A DNA stretch of 51,860 bases from a virus, in IMG/VR virus record IMGVR_UViG_3300050132_000142, positions 1-51,860 of that record; one strand, 5' to 3'. The position numbers and the translations under genes were made by a program. Of this stretch, positions 9,401 through 18,000 are shown piece after piece. How positions within the stretch are numbered: the stretch's first letter is position 1; every line of letters starts with the position of its first letter. The notes under the pieces were generated by a model. It saw only the letters and a list, made by a program, of their open reading frames with translations, was not told the DNA's origin and searched no databases.

Positions 9401-9716
9401 GAGCTATGGTAATCGAGGATGGGGACACGTTGAGTGGATCAACCTTGCCTATCAATCAACGGCGGCGGTAACGCTGGTAATGACGATGGACAACGGAAGC
9501 GCGATCACTCTTACGTTTCCAAGTACGAGTGCATTGCAGGTCAAGCAGTTTATGACATTTCCACAAAACAAATTCAAGATTATCGGGTGGACGGCTAATT
9601 CGACACAACCTTTTTCGATCTCGGCTGAAGATTGCGAACTATTCTATTCTGGCTGGGGAACAAAATCAGGAGTAATACGACCATTTGAATCTGGATGGGG
9701 GTCGGTAACAACTTGA
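6465..9716 (+). CDS. Large virion structural protein (1083 aa), possibly a tail/nozzle or fibre component
   Basis: Longest ORF of the virion module, with a GTG start coupled to the upstream stop. Contains the GSGQTDGTYTI...GSGYTSVPTFP module. Confidence 0.6.
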   Translation: MEKGIRLDIAGGINTVSSPDQIEANGEGIPYAQNVRRNRKSMTVARYPLGSNLLSSPLSNGITSVARLNDPYQSPTPYSYLSGSNGSLYVGTSQVASGLSGKPLSFLPYRPPSSPRPFDYIADPSLAVTIPAYMASGYGPVSGMLKVRADGETYKTGIKEPQVAPNITTATGTGPNWVTYRYVYRDKNTGAVSNSSPESVPQIVPQSSSSASIGAGQYATNLIFDSSQYEYNNFDSRGDNIRTKGIAAGTLTNYIQAYGFGLSVPDGVTIDGIGISLSWCGQNSGTGVLSNVALFYQGTILGEAKSPGTLNQQTTTTANQGGGDDPWGATLTPAIVNDTTFGFGVQILTEESGGTDRSFMFTWTITVYYTTQSSTGTCTSSIDPQVNTIDVYRQTPGLDNFTYVLSVDNSSPSFTDTLSDLTIAENQTLNYNNYEPFPSIDLPRSGTCNVVAMNQKVTGIGISSPGSGQTDGTYTIPSSGGGGNGATVQIVISGGVISSSTPPIVLTPGSGYTSVPTFPVAHGGTPGTLLATIGPVSPGAVNVTWVSGDKFNIRWLPGTDILINGIAYLLYNRPTSDTQMEVYTTTTSATGFISFGYPPSATGATWQINEPDLAAEPSPVLWGPTPDSGGGSFMMGLDPLNPGDLLTSMGNNFDSAPSSQRLYICSPSEGLVNGIVTSELHVVFSPERFWLLYANSSDAVATVTGTTGPLWTPVQAASTRGLYMRYALAGMGSMIAWRAKDGVFVSQGGGPEQDISANIYNLFPHGEPEGPSTVVIGGQTIYPPDDTKPNAQTMACVPGYIFYDYQDTTGTPRTLVYDMEAKGWVVDSYMPTVNCHALATGVNQILCGCTDGTIRAFDALGTETGTAMMITRCEGKGSTRIVKRIGGVFLRAVAASAVTMAFWANRLQTAITGFSPSTAGTGAMENDYLVDFTSATNADVKDLACQFSWALGSGNILSEWQPDWTFLPAAVIGWKTGLLSYGNRGWGHVEWINLAYQSTAAVTLVMTMDNGSAITLTFPSTSALQVKQFMTFPQNKFKIIGWTANSTQPFSISAEDCELFYSGWGTKSGVIRPFESGWGSVTT

Positions 9717-10696
9717 GTCAACCAGCAATCACATACGCAGCCCCAACGGTAGAGACAAGCGTCCCTTTTGAGATAAGGAGGCATCTCCAGCTTATCTACC
9801 AAAAGCTGGGGAATCATACTCAGGCGTTTTCTCTTCAACAGGAAAAAATTGAATCCCTAAAATCAGGTACTTCATCAACCACTGAAGTAGAAACTGTCAA
9901 TGCGGTTAGTGGAGGAACGGGATCAGTAATCGGCTCCGTAAACAACCAGAGCGGGGTGGTTTCTTACTCCATAGTCTCTGGAGATTATGGAGCAGTAATA
10001 GTCCTATCTGATTCTTCCCCAGTATCCGTAACGCTGAATCCTCAGACTCCTCCATGGTTCTGCTGGATTTCAAATCTTGGTGCTGGGTCGATAGCCCTTA
10101 CTCCGTCTTCAGGGTCCATCAATGGAGTTTCTTCATTGGTGGTATTGCCTACATATTGCACTCTAGTAGCTTTCGATGGAACTAACTGGTGGGCGATGAC
10201 GCTTCCTATTGTTCCAGTAAACACTCCGTCAGTGTCCCATGAATGGTTGGTATCGTATAACGCAACAACTGGAGCGTTTTTGGCATCGCAGCCAGCGTTC
10301 ACAGATATATCTGGAACAGCTTCTCCATCTCAAATCGGTACTGGAACACCTTCATCTGGAAAGTATGTTGATGGAGGAACTGATGCGTGGACGACACTTC
10401 CTATAGTAACGTCGTATCACTCTGTTGTAGGGACGTCTTATTTATCTACGTTATCCGACCGGATTATTGGGGTAAATTATTCTGCTCCAGTGGCGATTAC
10501 ACTCGTTAACGCGGCAAGTGTGCCAATAGGCACTGTAGTGATAGTGAAGGATGAGAGCGGAAATGCTGGGACGAACAATATCACCATAACCCCTCAATCA
10601 GGACAAAATATTGAAGGGGTTAGCAATCAGGTTATCGATAGTGATTACGATCTAAGGAGGATGTACTCTAACGGATCAAATTGGTTACTTGTGTAG
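9695..10696 (+). CDS. Tail-fibre-like protein (333 aa) with two related C-terminal beta domains
   Basis: Internal duplication ...ISNLGAGSIALTPSSGSING...FDGTNWW and ...NAGTNNITITPQSGQNIEG...YSNGSNWLL, a pattern typical of fibre tips. Confidence 0.55.
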   Translation: MGVGNNLSQPAITYAAPTVETSVPFEIRRHLQLIYQKLGNHTQAFSLQQEKIESLKSGTSSTTEVETVNAVSGGTGSVIGSVNNQSGVVSYSIVSGDYGAVIVLSDSSPVSVTLNPQTPPWFCWISNLGAGSIALTPSSGSINGVSSLVVLPTYCTLVAFDGTNWWAMTLPIVPVNTPSVSHEWLVSYNATTGAFLASQPAFTDISGTASPSQIGTGTPSSGKYVDGGTDAWTTLPIVTSYHSVVGTSYLSTLSDRIIGVNYSAPVAITLVNAASVPIGTVVIVKDESGNAGTNNITITPQSGQNIEGVSNQVIDSDYDLRRMYSNGSNWLLV

Positions 10697-10730
10697 AGCG
10701 ATTTGCTGTAGAATGTAATGGAGGTGTGCG

Positions 10731-11303
10731 ATGTTTGGTTTAGGCATGGGACCGAGTTCTGGTGAAATTGGAGCAACAAATGCTCTTACGGGAGAGTCTG
10801 GATTTTCTGGAGCGGTTGGAGAGGGGCTATTGTCAAACTCTTCTTCGATTCTCAATGCCTTGTTGAGCGGGAACCAGTCCGAGATTTCCAAGCTGCTTGC
10901 ACCACAGATTTCCGCTGTTTCAAAACAGGCCAATGAGAAGACGCAGACCAATGCTCAGTTTGGGAATCGTTCTGGTGGAACCAATGCTTCTAATCAGAAC
11001 ACGATGGACACCGCTCGTTCAAGCGTGAACGACATGATTTCTCAGTTGACTAGCGGAGCAATTGGACAGGCTTCGAATCTTGGGAGCAACCTGCTTAGTC
11101 AGAGCATGAATGGATACAATAGCGTATTCAGCCAAAACCAAAGCGAACAGCAGGAGAGACTAGCACAATTGAATGACATCATCAACAGCAGTGCGGCGGT
11201 TGCAAGTATGGGCGTTGGAGCGGCTGGTGGAGTAGCGGCTACTCCTGCCGGTACTAGCACAGGTGGCCAATGGCTCGCTGGATTGCAGGGGGCTGGATTC
11301 TAG
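10731..11303 (+). CDS. Hypothetical Gly/Ser/Asn/Gln-rich virion (internal?) protein (190 aa)
   Basis: SD ggagg upstream. Low-complexity composition, virion-module position. Confidence 0.6.
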   Translation: MFGLGMGPSSGEIGATNALTGESGFSGAVGEGLLSNSSSILNALLSGNQSEISKLLAPQISAVSKQANEKTQTNAQFGNRSGGTNASNQNTMDTARSSVNDMISQLTSGAIGQASNLGSNLLSQSMNGYNSVFSQNQSEQQERLAQLNDIINSSAAVASMGVGAAGGVAATPAGTSTGGQWLAGLQGAGF

Positions 11304-11450
11304 TCAAGTACCGCTAGCTAAAGCAGGCGGCTTGCAACTAAATCATGCGAAACCTTGCACAACTCGTCGCGTTTGGCTGCTTGACATGCAGCCCTGCCGC
11401 GTTCCCTAAGGTTGACGGCAGCGTTAATGTCCGCGTTGGCTCTATACCCG
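11304..11450 (-). ncRNA. Predicted omega (right-end) RNA scaffold overlapping the tnpB 3' end. Boundaries not determined.
   Basis: Family rule: the omega RNA derives from the tnpB 3' end plus the right end. Only 14 nt separate the tnpB stop from the neighbouring gene. Local hairpin GGCTGC-ATGTCAA-GCAGCC at about 11378-11396. The non-conserved C-terminal tail suggests ORF/RNA overlap. Confidence 0.3.
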
Positions 11451-12451
11451 CAAGAGCGGCACACGAAAACCGATTGAGAGAGGCGATTGGCTTTTTCAGT
11501 ATGACCACATTGAGAGCATTCACGGCTGGAGTTCCTTGGGTCCACAAGAATCAATTGGACTCCAGCAGTGATGCACTTGTATGTGATGAACTGTTTCAGT
11601 TGGTCAAACGCCCAGGAATGCAGGACGGTACGCTGCGGGAGCCTAGCCTTGATTCGTTCCCTGATGCCCTTGAGTTCTTCAAGCACCACGGCACGATTCG
11701 TGCATTTAGCTTTCGTAACGACCTGCTTGGAAATGCAGTGATTCACGTCTTTTGCGAAGCGGGCTTCGCGCCCAGATTGCTTTTTGAGAAGACGCTTGCA
11801 GCTATGCGTTCCCTTCTTTTGCAACTTTGCTCTCAGGTGACGATGACGGTAGCGAATTCCTTTCACTTGAGAGCCGCTGAAACTTTGTCCGTCAGAGTCG
11901 GAAAGAATCTCTGTTATACCAAGATCGCAGCCGAGGGAGTCATCAGGTGGATTAGGTTCTGGAACGTCATTGCGAAGAACGAGGTTAACGTAAAGCTCTT
12001 TGGATTGACGGTCAAGGCAAAGAGCACCGGCAGTAGGCTTCTGTCCTTTCAAAAGGCTGCGTTGATAGTTCCCGATTGCCAACTTGACTTTGATGCGTCC
12101 ATTAACGGTAGACAGGCTGACAGACTCGGACTTCTCAAGAAAGCGAAGCAAGTCCTTGTCAAGGTCCGCGCTGGTTGGTCCAAAGTAGGTTGGAGTCTGT
12201 TTCCCTTTACCGAAACTGGCAGCGACGCGGGCAATTGCACGAACGGCATAGTTGCTGGTCAGCCCGTATTGTTCTTTAATTTGGTAGTAGCAGATCTTGT
12301 GCAGAGCAAACTGAGCACGAATATTTTCTTTGTTGGAAACCGCAAGAACGTCATTGCATGCAGCGGCAAACCTTTCCAACGTCAAGAGCAAAGAACTCCT
12401 CTGTTCTTCCGTTGGTTGGAGCTTGCATCGCACTGTCTTTACGGATTCCAT
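11318..12451 (-). CDS. tnpB: TnpB (OrfB) RNA-guided RuvC nuclease, 377 aa, apparently intact
   Basis: RuvC-I is LGCDLGITEI. RuvC-II is AVVLEELKGI. Zinc finger is CSQCGHTEKANRLSQSVFVCRSCGYRANADINAAVNL, carrying RuvC-III ADINAA. The N-terminus RCKLQPTEEQ is typical of the family. Confidence 0.85.
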   Translation of the reverse strand: MESVKTVRCKLQPTEEQRSSLLLTLERFAAACNDVLAVSNKENIRAQFALHKICYYQIKEQYGLTSNYAVRAIARVAASFGKGKQTPTYFGPTSADLDKDLLRFLEKSESVSLSTVNGRIKVKLAIGNYQRSLLKGQKPTAGALCLDRQSKELYVNLVLRNDVPEPNPPDDSLGCDLGITEILSDSDGQSFSGSQVKGIRYRHRHLRAKLQKKGTHSCKRLLKKQSGREARFAKDVNHCISKQVVTKAKCTNRAVVLEELKGIRERIKARLPQRTVLHSWAFDQLKQFITYKCITAGVQLILVDPRNSSRECSQCGHTEKANRLSQSVFVCRSCGYRANADINAAVNLRERGRAACQAAKRDELCKVSHDLVASRLL

Positions 12452-12544
12452 GAATTCATCCTACCACTAAACAGTTCAAACTTCAAGAAAGGACGATGCG
12501 ACTCCTCTGCCGCCTAAAGTCAGCGGTCCCCTCGCACAAAATCC

Positions 12545-14302
12545 ATGGCAGATATAGAAAATCCTCTTGTTAATCTTGCAAATAGAGCACATGCTCGTGA
12601 AGATACGAACATGCAGGCTATCCGAAAGAACGAACAAGACTCCCTCAATTTTCAGATGGCCCCCATTCTTCAGGCTATATCTTCCGACCAGAAACGCATT
12701 TCTCTTTTACCTGAAGATGACCCCAAACGAGAACAACTCCTGCAAAGCCTAGCTATGAATATCGGTAAGGTCCGGAATATGTATGGTGACAAGACTCCTG
12801 ACGATGAACCTGGGCGTATCTCGCAGACTGTCAATGCTCTTCGCCAGCATTTTAAACTTGGAGGGAAGTCCAAGGATCAACTGGAAGCGGCGCAGAAAGA
12901 AAAATCTGCCAAGTGGGGAGAAAAGAACAAGAAAATGGCGGGTGAGTATGCTGGAGCTATTCCCCCTAGCGATTACCAAGTAGAAATGGCCCAAGGAGCG
13001 GAACGAGGTGTTCCAGAAGACTTGCGCAAGAAGGCGGGTCAGACAAAGTGGCTTGAGTCGATGGGTGAAATTGCAAAGCCTGTTGCAGAGAAAGACCTGA
13101 ATAAGCCAGATGTGGTTTCTCTCACTCTAAAAGATGGAAGTGTTTTATCTGCTCAGTGGGCACCTGACGCAAGTCTTCCAACAAAGGGAAAGTGGAAGTA
13201 CCTGAATGGAACCGACATACCGGACACACTCCTTGGAGGAGCGGTTGTTACTCCAAAGTCTACTGGACCAAAGGTCGGGACATTTGGAGATTTCATGCTT
13301 GCAGCGTATGGCCAACATCCGACTGCTCAGCAGTATGTACAAGGTCGTCAGAAGTGGGCAGAGGCAGTAGCTGGTACTACTAGCGGTACACACATGGCAT
13401 TTGTTCCTCAAGCGGATTTTTCTATCAAGGCCATTTCTGTACAGACCACAAGTTCAAAGCATATCGGCGGTGGTGGCAGTAGTGGATTACCTACCAATAG
13501 AGCAGATGTAAATGTTCCTTCGCAAGTCCCTGATCCAGTAGAAGAAACCACTGCAACAGATGAACCCTATCCATCTGAACCAGCGCCATCTATTCCAGTG
13601 GACAAGTCAAATCTTATTCCCGCGTCGGAAGCAGCTAAAAGTATCCGTTTTGCTCCTAAGCCTGGATATCATCTCGTAACCCCAAGACACGACAAGACAT
13701 ATTTCTTGTGGCAGTCAGACACGGACCCTAATGATGTAGTTGAGGCTAGGGCTGGTGTGCCAAAATCTTCTGGGTCTATCAAAAAGGGGAGAGAACCTAA
13801 AGGACCAGTAAGAACAAGCATGGAAAATACCGCTAGAAAAGCACGGGGGGGTGATGGTGGTGGAGTGGCGAGTCCAGGTGCAACTGTTGGTGGGAAAAAG
13901 ACTCCTGCGCAGAGCAAAGCTGAAACAGAATACGCAGAAGCGATCAAGTTACAGAGTCTAGCAAACAGCGCAGTTGCATCTCCGAGTTCACAAAGAGATT
14001 TCCTCTTGGCCGATAATCTGTTGCATGGTGCTTTGGGCAGGGTAAACGAAGTAGAGATTAGAAAGATTTTCTCTGCCGGTGGATGGGGAGAAGCGCCGAG
14101 TAGATGGATGTCAAGAGCATCAAAGGGAGAGCTTAGCCCGAATCTCCGTAGGCAGTTGCAGGAGTATTCTAACGACCAAGTTAATGCAACCAAAGATGCG
14201 ATGAACGCTCTCGATGGGCTTACTTCGAAGCCTTCTGTCGGCGGTAGCAAGAAATCAAAGGGCGGTGGATTCAACTGGAACGAACACCCGGTGGCGCAAT
14301 AA
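12545..14302 (+). CDS. Large Lys/Glu/Pro-rich virion-module protein (585 aa), possibly an internal/ejection protein
   Basis: Long ORF, low-complexity charged composition, position after the fibre genes. Confidence 0.55.
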   Translation: MADIENPLVNLANRAHAREDTNMQAIRKNEQDSLNFQMAPILQAISSDQKRISLLPEDDPKREQLLQSLAMNIGKVRNMYGDKTPDDEPGRISQTVNALRQHFKLGGKSKDQLEAAQKEKSAKWGEKNKKMAGEYAGAIPPSDYQVEMAQGAERGVPEDLRKKAGQTKWLESMGEIAKPVAEKDLNKPDVVSLTLKDGSVLSAQWAPDASLPTKGKWKYLNGTDIPDTLLGGAVVTPKSTGPKVGTFGDFMLAAYGQHPTAQQYVQGRQKWAEAVAGTTSGTHMAFVPQADFSIKAISVQTTSSKHIGGGGSSGLPTNRADVNVPSQVPDPVEETTATDEPYPSEPAPSIPVDKSNLIPASEAAKSIRFAPKPGYHLVTPRHDKTYFLWQSDTDPNDVVEARAGVPKSSGSIKKGREPKGPVRTSMENTARKARGGDGGGVASPGATVGGKKTPAQSKAETEYAEAIKLQSLANSAVASPSSQRDFLLADNLLHGALGRVNEVEIRKIFSAGGWGEAPSRWMSRASKGELSPNLRRQLQEYSNDQVNATKDAMNALDGLTSKPSVGGSKKSKGGGFNWNEHPVAQ

Positions 14303-16425
14303 TGCCAACCTCTACTCTAATTCCGATGTTTGACCCTCAAGGCCAAGTCCGAATGATTCCAATGGATAAGGTGGACGAAGCTAAAAAATCTGGTGGGAAA
14401 GTAGCGCGTAAATTCCGTGATCCTAAAGGGACGGAAAGATGGATACCTGCTAAGCTTACTAATGAAGCTATAAAAGCAGGTGGAAGACCAGTACCAATAC
14501 ATATTGAAGAACAACCAAAGCTAGATGGCAGTCCAATAGGAAGATTCCTTTCTAGTGCTGGAAGTGCTATCGGAGGAGTAGTCAAGGGGTTCGATCCTCG
14601 TCCAACAGAAGAGGAAAAACAGCAAGGGCTAACCAGCGCCTATGATTATGCTTTGCGCCCAGCAGAAAGATTAGTTCAATCCCACATAGAGCAGGGAAAG
14701 CAAGCTGACAGAGAATTTAGACAAGCAGCTCCTACTTCACTTCATCCTACGCAACAGCAACGTGAACATCGTCAAAAAGCTCTGGCGCATGGGCTGGCAA
14801 CTGTTATTCCCGGTGTTGGACCATGGGCCGCTAATGTAGGAGAACAAGTTGGTACGCAAATTGGGACTGGGGATTATGCCGGGGCTGCTGGTACTCTTGC
14901 TGGTAATGCTACGGTTGCAGTCGCACCTAAAATCATTGGTAAAGCAACTCGTGGATTGATGAAAACGGCAGAGAGGGCAAGGGAAGCAGCAACTAAAACT
15001 AGACCACGAGAGACTGCGGAACTTGTCAAGAAGACTGAAACTGAGAATAAATCACTTTCTGAAAAAGCATCTAAAGCGAATGAAGAGCAAGAAGCACAGA
15101 GAAAAATAGACCTTCGCAAGCACTTTGAAAAAGTGAAAGAAATTGAACGAGCCAACGAAAAAGCTAAGTCACCGGCAGAGAGAAAGGCTGCACTAACTCG
15201 TGGAGTTGAAAAACTTGATACTGACTTTCAATCTGATCTGAAGAAGACCGCAGACAATGTTCGCAAGGAGGCGAGCGGGAAATACGATGCTGTACGTTCG
15301 GCGACACAAGGACAAACGGTCCCATCTGACCAGTTGGCATCAGCAGTGCGTGAAGCCGAGTCAAAGATTCAAGGGTCTAGCGAGAACCTGAAAATATTCA
15401 GGGATATTCTATCGAAGCACCCTGAAGAAGAGGGGGAGATTGAATATCAGGGGGCTAAAATACCCAAGGGTCATCCTCTCTACGATGTTCTCAAGGAGGG
15501 AATAGAGAGTCCAGATTCTACATTCTCTAATCTGCAAGGATACTACACAGAACTCGGAGACAAGTTCTCTACAGGTACTCTTCCTGGAGATGTGTATCAA
15601 GCCATGAAATCGTTGCATAAAAATATCGGAAACCTAATGCAACAGATGGCAGATAGAAGCGGAGTCGGACCTCAATTTTCTGAAGCAAGAAACTTTTATC
15701 GCCAATATATGCAGACGTTCCGTGACCACAATTCTCCGCTCTACAAGGCTATCAAGGCCACAGAGAGGGGTAAGTCTATCGCTTCTCTTAGCGGAAAGGA
15801 CCAAACTGGTATTCAGGCTCTTGCCCGGTATAATCCAGACCTTGCTCAGAGGGCAAACACAATTCGAGGGTATCAGTCAGAGGCGCGTTCAATCCCATCA
15901 AAGCCAAAGGATCTAAAATCTCTTCCGAAGTTAGAACCTAAACCTTCTCCGATCTCCCCTGGAGTGAAGAAGATAGGTACAGAGGATATTCAACAAGCAA
16001 AGCAAGAAGGAATGCAACAAAGAGCAGACTTCATCAAGAAGCGCGGTGGACAAATAGCTGTTACGTTTGGTGCGTATAGGATGCTCGAAAACGTGATTCA
16101 TGGAAACCTATCAGCACTGCCGGAAGACTTCGCTGGTGCGGTAGCTGGATATGGAATCACGCAGGCAATAGGTATGCTTCTTGAAAACAAGAAGATAATG
16201 GAAGCCTTTACGAAGCCAACTTTACGTGATCTTGATGAAATTCCTCCAGATATGCGTGGAGACATTAAGGAAATAGTTGAAGAGGCTCAGAGACAAGGAA
16301 TTAAAGTAGACCCCACGCTTAAAGCATTAGTTGGTGCAACAGCAGCAGGAGCAGCGCAAATTAAGGGACCAAAGCAAAAGGAACTGGAAGGAACCGCTGA
16401 ATACTACAGAAACAATCCGCGCTGA
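14302..16425 (+). CDS. Large charged virion-module protein (707 aa), possibly an internal/ejection protein
   Basis: TAATG coupling to the upstream gene. Contains a coiled-coil-like KE-rich centre. Confidence 0.55.
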   Translation: MPTSTLIPMFDPQGQVRMIPMDKVDEAKKSGGKVARKFRDPKGTERWIPAKLTNEAIKAGGRPVPIHIEEQPKLDGSPIGRFLSSAGSAIGGVVKGFDPRPTEEEKQQGLTSAYDYALRPAERLVQSHIEQGKQADREFRQAAPTSLHPTQQQREHRQKALAHGLATVIPGVGPWAANVGEQVGTQIGTGDYAGAAGTLAGNATVAVAPKIIGKATRGLMKTAERAREAATKTRPRETAELVKKTETENKSLSEKASKANEEQEAQRKIDLRKHFEKVKEIERANEKAKSPAERKAALTRGVEKLDTDFQSDLKKTADNVRKEASGKYDAVRSATQGQTVPSDQLASAVREAESKIQGSSENLKIFRDILSKHPEEEGEIEYQGAKIPKGHPLYDVLKEGIESPDSTFSNLQGYYTELGDKFSTGTLPGDVYQAMKSLHKNIGNLMQQMADRSGVGPQFSEARNFYRQYMQTFRDHNSPLYKAIKATERGKSIASLSGKDQTGIQALARYNPDLAQRANTIRGYQSEARSIPSKPKDLKSLPKLEPKPSPISPGVKKIGTEDIQQAKQEGMQQRADFIKKRGGQIAVTFGAYRMLENVIHGNLSALPEDFAGAVAGYGITQAIGMLLENKKIMEAFTKPTLRDLDEIPPDMRGDIKEIVEEAQRQGIKVDPTLKALVGATAAGAAQIKGPKQKELEGTAEYYRNNPR

Positions 16426-17311
16426 TGATTTTTGCCGTCGTAGAGCATGGCTATCCTTGCGCTGGAGTGTTCCATTCCTGAACCCAAAAGAAGTCTTGTA
16501 TCGCGCTGTCGAGTACGGACTCATGTCAGACTCAGAAGACCCCGGAGAAGCGGCTGAGGCTCATGCGATGGACTTGGCAGTGGACCCCGGAATAGACACA
16601 TCAGAAACCGATATGCTTGGCTTGGCGGCGCACGTATCTAGCCTTGCCAACTTCATTACATGGATACTTAGGGGCGATAGCGGCACGTGGAAGCGTCCAG
16701 AACCTATCAGACTACCCAACGGTACACTATGGAATTCCGGTGCGTTCCTTGGGGCGCAGGAGCGTTCCTTGAGGCGTGTGGCACTGGTAGACCGATGGGA
16801 TGCATGGACTCAGACGGCCATGGATCACGCTTGGAACACTATGGGTGAGTGCTCTGTATACCAGACGGCCATGGACGTGATGGTGGTTGAGATTGGGTCA
16901 TTGCGAAAAGGAAGATGGTCAAACCCGTTCACTATCGGCTACCGTCACCCCGTCGCCAAGGTGCTTAGGTTCCGCAAGCGGGATGGTGACGACTTCGGTT
17001 CTACTTGGGACCGTGTAGAACGGGAGCACGACTCGGCAACTCGTGAGCAATGGTTAGACGCACTGACCGATGATGGAGTGCTGGCTGAATCAATCCACGT
17101 CCATCATGTTGATGTGCCGGAGAACTCAGATGCGATTCTTGCACTAACAGAGAAAAAAATACTGAGGATTGAAGAGACTGTTACGCCTCCAGACCCTCAG
17201 TATTCTCAATGCTTCCAGAAGATCAATCCTTGCCCATTTCGTTCGTGCTGCCCTAGAGGAATTGATCCTTCACCGGAGATTGGATTCATCCCTACATCAT
17301 CGAACCAGTGA
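16331..17311 (+). CDS. Possible PD-(D/E)xK (Cas4/RecB-like) nuclease with a C-terminal Cys cluster. Start codon unresolved.
   Basis: N-terminal ...ADDFCRRRAWLSLRW and C-terminal QCFQKINPCPFRSCCPRG resemble Fe-S nuclease cysteines. The first in-frame ATG is only at 16523, and earlier candidates are TTG/GTG/CTG overlapping the upstream gene. Confidence 0.35.
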   Translation: MVQQQQEQRKLRDQSKRNWKEPLNTTETIRADDFCRRRAWLSLRWSVPFLNPKEVLYRAVEYGLMSDSEDPGEAAEAHAMDLAVDPGIDTSETDMLGLAAHVSSLANFITWILRGDSGTWKRPEPIRLPNGTLWNSGAFLGAQERSLRRVALVDRWDAWTQTAMDHAWNTMGECSVYQTAMDVMVVEIGSLRKGRWSNPFTIGYRHPVAKVLRFRKRDGDDFGSTWDRVEREHDSATREQWLDALTDDGVLAESIHVHHVDVPENSDAILALTEKKILRIEETVTPPDPQYSQCFQKINPCPFRSCCPRGIDPSPEIGFIPTSSNQ

Positions 17312-17849
17312 GAGAGTTTGGATCATGGGAGGCAGTTGCTCTGCTTACCATGTCGTCCTGACCACCCTGATACTGCGGACGTTGAACGGGTGCCGGGTCT
17401 ACTGAAATCTGATCCATTGGAGGCAACTGTTGTGTCTGGCTGTATCCCGGCAAAGGAACAGAAGAAGGGAACTGCAAAGATACAGGACGGTTCTCAAGTT
17501 GAGCAATAAGGTTAATGCGATATTGCACTTCGGTTTCGATTCCTTTTAGGGATTCCTGTTCTGCCTGAAACTTGCTCTGTGCCATCAGGTATTCGGCATG
17601 AGAAGCAGTGAGTCTCTGACGAGCTGCGCTGCGTTGCCCAACAAGCTCAACAACCTGGGATTGCAGGGCGGTGACAGCGGGAGACGGAGCAACAGGTGCG
17701 GGTGGCTGGGCGGGAACCACGATAGGCTGTTCCGTCTCCTTTTTCTTTGCCCACCTCTCTTTCTGAGCATCGGCGATACGTTGTTTGACTTCTGGACTCA
17801 TAGTATGCTTCTTCTTAGTGGTAGTACTTGCCAAGTTTTCCATGTACAA
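17292..17849 (-). CDS. Hypothetical protein (185 aa), coiled-coil centre, Pro/Gln-rich
   Basis: Isolated minus-strand ORF containing MSPEVKQRIADAQKERWAKKK. Its 3' end overlaps the convergent gene by 20 nt. Confidence 0.55.
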   Translation of the reverse strand: MYMENLASTTTKKKHTMSPEVKQRIADAQKERWAKKKETEQPIVVPAQPPAPVAPSPAVTALQSQVVELVGQRSAARQRLTASHAEYLMAQSKFQAEQESLKGIETEVQYRINLIAQLENRPVSLQFPSSVPLPGYSQTQQLPPMDQISVDPAPVQRPQYQGGQDDMVSRATASHDPNSLTGSMM

Positions 17850-17952
17850 AATTCTATACTCTATTTCAAGAAATCGGTAGAGATTTTTTATCTATAGATG
17901 TACAATACCCTTGAGTGAGATTCGGTAGCACCCCACGAAGGGGAACGCAAAC

Positions 17953-17987
17953 GGCTCGGCTTCTCAAATAGAGGCCGGGCCATTTTT
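17953..17987 (+). terminator. Rho-independent terminator-like hairpin immediately upstream of the 18001 gene RBS
   Basis: Stem GGCTCGGCTTC / GAGGCCGGGCC (11 bp including 2 G-T pairs), loop TCAAATA, then ATTTTT. Confidence 0.6.
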
Positions 17988-18000
17988 GGGAGATAGGTAA

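Larger units (their letters stand above)
11304..12544 (-). mobile_element. IS200/IS605-family TnpB-only element (IS1341-like) filling one intergenic gap
   Basis: Only minus-strand gene inside a >25-kb plus-strand operon. It occupies exactly the space between stop 11303 and ATG 12545. The ends could not be defined by eye. Confidence 0.6.

Noticed and set aside
11345-12517. 390-aa plus-strand ORF covering the TnpB locus
   Set aside because: It is the antisense shadow of the tnpB gene. The translation has no recognisable motifs, whereas the minus strand carries the complete RuvC and zinc-finger signature.
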